Positions 60,126-64,000 of a stretch of 64,000 nucleotides of DNA are shown in pieces. Source of the stretch: Takakia lepidozioides (taxonomy: Eukaryota > Plantae > Bryophyta); the NCBI GenBank assembly GCA_030704615.1, contig CM060731.1, positions 83,886,001-83,950,000 on the forward strand, given 5' to 3'. The position numbers were made by a program, and so were the translations under genes. Position 1 is the stretch's first letter. Each line of letters begins with the position of its first letter. Below the pieces are notes generated by a model. That model saw nothing but the letters and a program-made list of their open reading frames with translations, was not told the origin of the DNA and searched no databases.

Positions 60126-62336
60126 TTAGCTCTGGATAGGTTTTTGGAAAATACCTTTCAGTTTCTCAATAAGCTCATGTACAGGGAAGAACATGCCAGG
60201 GAATGAGCCTCGTTCAAGGAACCTTGTCAAGATACGAGCAAGTTTCCTGGTCTTGAAACCATTCCTCCCAAGAGTGTTAATCAGAATGCTATATTCCTTC
60301 CAAGCCAAAACAACATTGCTGGAAATGTATAGAATAGGCAATGCTTGTGAAATCACAATGTTGTAGGATTGATTCACAGGCCTATTGGATAAGAACTGGA
60401 TATATTGAGTGTAAGAGAAAGGAAGTAGTCTTCTCTCTTGTCATATTTCTGGAAATAGAACTCGCCTGTGTCACTGTTTGAGACTGTAATCTGGATATTC
60501 ATGAAACAAGCTTCCAACCCCACGTATTGGGAATCGGTTTTGGTACGTAGTAGCTCAGGTTTGATCTCCACTACATTGACTGGGTAGATCCACCAAGGGT
60601 TGTTGCTGCTTCTGTCTGCCCTTGGGTCCAGGAAAAAAATTGCATCACCCACATTCATATATCATCAATGTATCTGAAGGCAGATTTAAACAAAGGCATG
60701 AGCTGGAATTGTCCCAAAGCTGCAAGCCTTAAGATGAATTTGATCTCGTAAGAAAGGAAGTACATGTTGCACCATAATGGTGAGCATGAAAAACCCATAG
60801 GTATTCCAGAAATCTGCTGCCACACACGGTCCCCTAAGGCAATAAAATAGTGTGACATAAGCCATTTGTGGAGCATAAGTAACTAGGCTTTAGAAAGCTC
60901 AATCCAAGTACCTGATTTCGGGGAGGACGTGCCCCACCTACTTTTCCGGAAGGTACCGTTTTTGGCTGGAATCCATAGAGTATGACGTGCCCGGGGGTGA
61001 GACCTATGGTGTTGCTGGAATGCAATCTTCACCACGTATTCAATGGCGTCCCCTAAGTTATCCTGACCTGTCTGTTCTCATAGCATTGTGTAATGTCAGC
61101 CACAAAGATGTTATGGACTTTTGCAGGCAGGTTTAGTGTAAAGTCAGTGATGGAATCAATAATCCAATACATAGCAGTAGATACTTTGAAAAATTGCTCA
61201 TAAGTATCCAGCCTTGTTTTGGTCCATTCTTTTACCAATGGTAGAAGATCCATGGTAGCTCTTGTAAGGAGGCTAGCTAGTTCACTGAAAACACATTTGT
61301 GGGCATTGGTAATCCATCTGTATTTTTTCTTATGTAGCTTGTAGATTCCCATAATGTAAGGTAGTCTACAGGAGGGAACAGGTATCTCCGGAATCAAACT
61401 CTGTATTTCCACGGAAATGTTTCCTAGAACAAGGTCAGGTGGCAGCCATACCTCATCTTGCTTGCATGGTGTAAAGTCTTTACCCATCAATCTGTGGAAT
61501 GCTTGGATTCTTACGTGCTTCACACACATAAAACATACATTGTTGTTAGCCTTGTCAAGACCAGAGAAATACAGGTGATTGAGAAGCCATGAAAGTTCGT
61601 CTTTTGCCTCTTTTACAGTAAGAGGATTGCGCTCATGGTGAGTGAAGTCATACCTTCTTCTGCCGGCTTTTTGTTTCAGTCTATCCCAACATGTGTTTTT
61701 TACCCATTGGTTGCAGGTTGCAGCCCAAGATTCACATGGGTCTACATGCAAAATTTCACAGGTTCTGTGGAAAGCCAAAGACACTTGTTCAACAACGTCT
61801 TTTAGTAAAGTACGTTTGAGAGGGATGTGATTCATACCTAGGCTGAATATTTCTTTCAGCCTTGCGTGTTTAATAATATTCAGGTCCATGGTACGTACGT
61901 GTTGCATAGGTGTAGAACCAGATAGATGGAATTCTGATTTTGTATCCACATCCCGAAAATCATGAAACCTCTTGGCACTGTCACATAGACAATCTAGTGA
62001 GTGAATCAAGTCTTGCATAAAGCAAAAATCACGGAAAACAACAGCAGGCTGATAGTATTCAGAACTGCTTTGTTTATGATATGTCCATCCAAAAACTATC
62101 TCATCGATGAGAATAGCTAAGTCATTTTGCCCAAATTCCAGAAAGGCTTCTTTTATCAGGTTCTTAGGGTGTATCCACTCCATACCACGGTTTGGGTATA
62201 ACATATGAATGAATCCCAAGGGAGCAGGTTTTGCTGCCTGTTTTATGAATTTCCTGCCATGGGCATGAGTTTCAATTTGTCTGCAACCATCCTCAAAGAC
62301 ATATAACGCATCTGCACATACAGAGTAGAGGAACAT
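60126..62336 (-). pseudogene. Penelope-like RT ORF2, copy 2 (small deletions and frameshifts)
   Basis: YPNRGMEWI, CLC, HVRTMDLNII, DKANNN, GIPMGFSCSPLWCNMY and FRYIDDI. Confidence 0.85.
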
Positions 62337-62353
62337 ACCAAAAAATGAGATTT

Positions 62354-63973
62354 TTACAGATCATTCCATGATCCAAAGTCTCGTTTGTGTATTGGGGAGA
62401 ACTCGTCAGTGATACGACGAGTCTTGTATGACTCCTGGCTGGCGATGTTGATGGTGGTACTGGAATTAGCACCCGAACCCCCAGTTGAGGACCGATTCGT
62501 TGCTCTTGAATTCTCAGAGGTGTTGGTAGAGTACTGTCCCCTGCCAGAGCGTCCTCCTCTTTGGTAGAGACCTCTTCCACGGCCAGGGGTACCTCTTCCC
62601 CGAGTAGTACTGTTCTTGCCTTGTTGAGGAGGCATCTGCCCCTCCATACGTTGCCGTTTGTAGCTATTGAATTGTGGCCTGGGAAGGCTGTCTGAAAAAG
62701 ACCCAGGTTTCACGAGTTTCTCAATGTATCTGGCCCCCTTGGATTCTCCTAACTTCGCAAGCAGCTTGGCTTGTGGGTCATTTGAGAATTCACAGGCTGC
62801 TTCCGTTATGAACCCTCGGGTCATCTGGAAGGTAATTTGTGCTAGTACAGCAGATCTGGCAGCCCGCATGATCCATACCAGAAAATTGTAATTCTTGGTT
62901 TGCACCGAAGGATAGGCATCATCAGGGAAGAACACAATCAGATTGTTCAGCATATACCAAACCATATGGTCAAACCAAGCAACACTCCCAATGCGAGAAG
63001 AGGGTGCCCCTCCTTGTCCACAGTTGCATCTTATGTAGGGACGATGCCAATTGAAGAGTTGACTCTTATGGTTCTTGGATCTGGCTGAGCCAGTCGGCAA
63101 ATCATTTTTGGTCCTCAAGGTAAGGTTCTCACCTTTGTCACAGAGCTTGTAGTAGAAGGTCCTTAGTGGCCACGCCACGGCAATAGGTTCCTTTTTTATT
63201 CTCTGAAGACCCTCCTTAGCATCCTGTGCACATCTACTGTGTTCAGCAGGAATTATGTTGCCCCATTTGACCCACATTTCAATGGAAATGGGTGCCAATA
63301 GGTTGATATTAGCATGTGGATGCCACATCATATGATCGTTATTGGCAACCTCTAATTCAACTGCACGGGGAGGCAACCAAGGGACAAATTGCAGATTTCC
63401 AGGAGTGGCACCTGCTGCTCTTTCTTGCTCCACTTGTGAGAGTTCTGCTTGTTCACAGAATTCTCTCACTGCCTCTTTTTCTTCATCCGGTAAAATCATG
63501 TGCCCAAGGATTGGGTGATTACTTACAGAAGGGATGAAGTCTTTTTCAGAGGTGTTTGCAGATTTCTGCGTGGAGACAGTCTGGTCATCTTCCGGGTTCG
63601 CCATTCTAAGAGCTGCCTCAATGGCTGATCCCTTCTTTTCCCATTGTATCAGCTCCTCGGCATCATCTTCCAGTACCTCAATCATTTTAGTATTGAATTC
63701 CTGGAGCTTCTCCAGGTACCTACCTTTCTTATTTGCCATGATGCCAAGTGCAACCCAATTTTCCAAAACCAAGGTCTCAAGTAGTAATACGGGATTTTCA
63801 TCACCTGAATTTTCCAAGGCCTCAGTGTCCGTCTTTTGCAATGTAGCATGGAAGTCACTTGGTGTGACTTGTGCGAGGGTTGCTTGTACAGCAGGAATTG
63901 GAGGAGGTAGAGGGGACTGATACCCTAGAGCTACGAGGTCCTCATTCCATCTAGGGTCTCCTTTGCTGACCTT
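62354..63973 (-). CDS. ORF1 of Penelope-like copy 2, intact
   Basis: Highly similar to 41733-43352; the frame is open up to the tttgacAG site. Confidence 0.8.
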   Translation of the reverse strand, partial: KVSKGDPRWNEDLVALGYQSPLPPPIPAVQATLAQVTPSDFHATLQKTDTEALENSGDENPVLLLETLVLENWVALGIMANKKGRYLEKLQEFNTKMIEVLEDDAEELIQWEKKGSAIEAALRMANPEDDQTVSTQKSANTSEKDFIPSVSNHPILGHMILPDEEKEAVREFCEQAELSQVEQERAAGATPGNLQFVPWLPPRAVELEVANNDHMMWHPHANINLLAPISIEMWVKWGNIIPAEHSRCAQDAKEGLQRIKKEPIAVAWPLRTFYYKLCDKGENLTLRTKNDLPTGSARSKNHKSQLFNWHRPYIRCNCGQGGAPSSRIGSVAWFDHMVWYMLNNLIVFFPDDAYPSVQTKNYNFLVWIMRAARSAVLAQITFQMTRGFITEAACEFSNDPQAKLLAKLGESKGARYIEKLVKPGSFSDSLPRPQFNSYKRQRMEGQMPPQQGKNSTTRGRGTPGRGRGLYQRGGRSGRGQYSTNTSENSRATNRSSTGGSGANSSTTINIASQESYKTRRITDEFSPIHKRDFGSWNDL

Positions 63974-64000
63974 CTGTCAAAGCCCCCCCGAAAAAACTTG

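Larger units (their letters stand above)
59865..64000 (-). mobile_element. Penelope-like retroelement body, copy 2 (runs off the window end)
   Basis: Colinear with 39261-43380. Confidence 0.85.

Overview
Eukaryotic nuclear DNA with spliceosomal introns and compact gene spacing. The gene content suggests a non-seed land plant (inference). 1-22 kb holds three host genes: the 3' end of a CHX cation/H+ antiporter; an OCA6/Siw14-like atypical phosphatase whose first intron contains a 4.5-kb LINE; and a minus-strand filamin-repeat/CCCH/RRM/RS-domain RNA-binding protein. 24-64 kb is a transposon island. It contains a decayed Ty3/gypsy element with an extra ORF and six copies of a 1.7-2.6 kb structured repeat (here called R), arranged in inverted pairs between GA/CT-rich palindromes. 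It also has two copies of a Penelope-like retroelement whose RT has Naiad/Chlamys-type motifs, no recognisable GIY-YIG endonuclease, and a separate, apparently spliced ORF1; both copies join R at the same nucleotide. A co-oriented minus-strand cluster carries a CACTA transposase, a spliced bacterial-type beta-class N6A/N4C DNA methyltransferase-like gene, an F-box-like ORF and a MULE-like transposase. Finally there is a patchwork of LINE, MULE and piggyBac fragments. The best novelty candidates are (1) the endonuclease-less Penelope-like element with its structured R repeat and (2) the transposon-associated amino-methyltransferase. All family assignments come from motif recognition by eye, not database searches.
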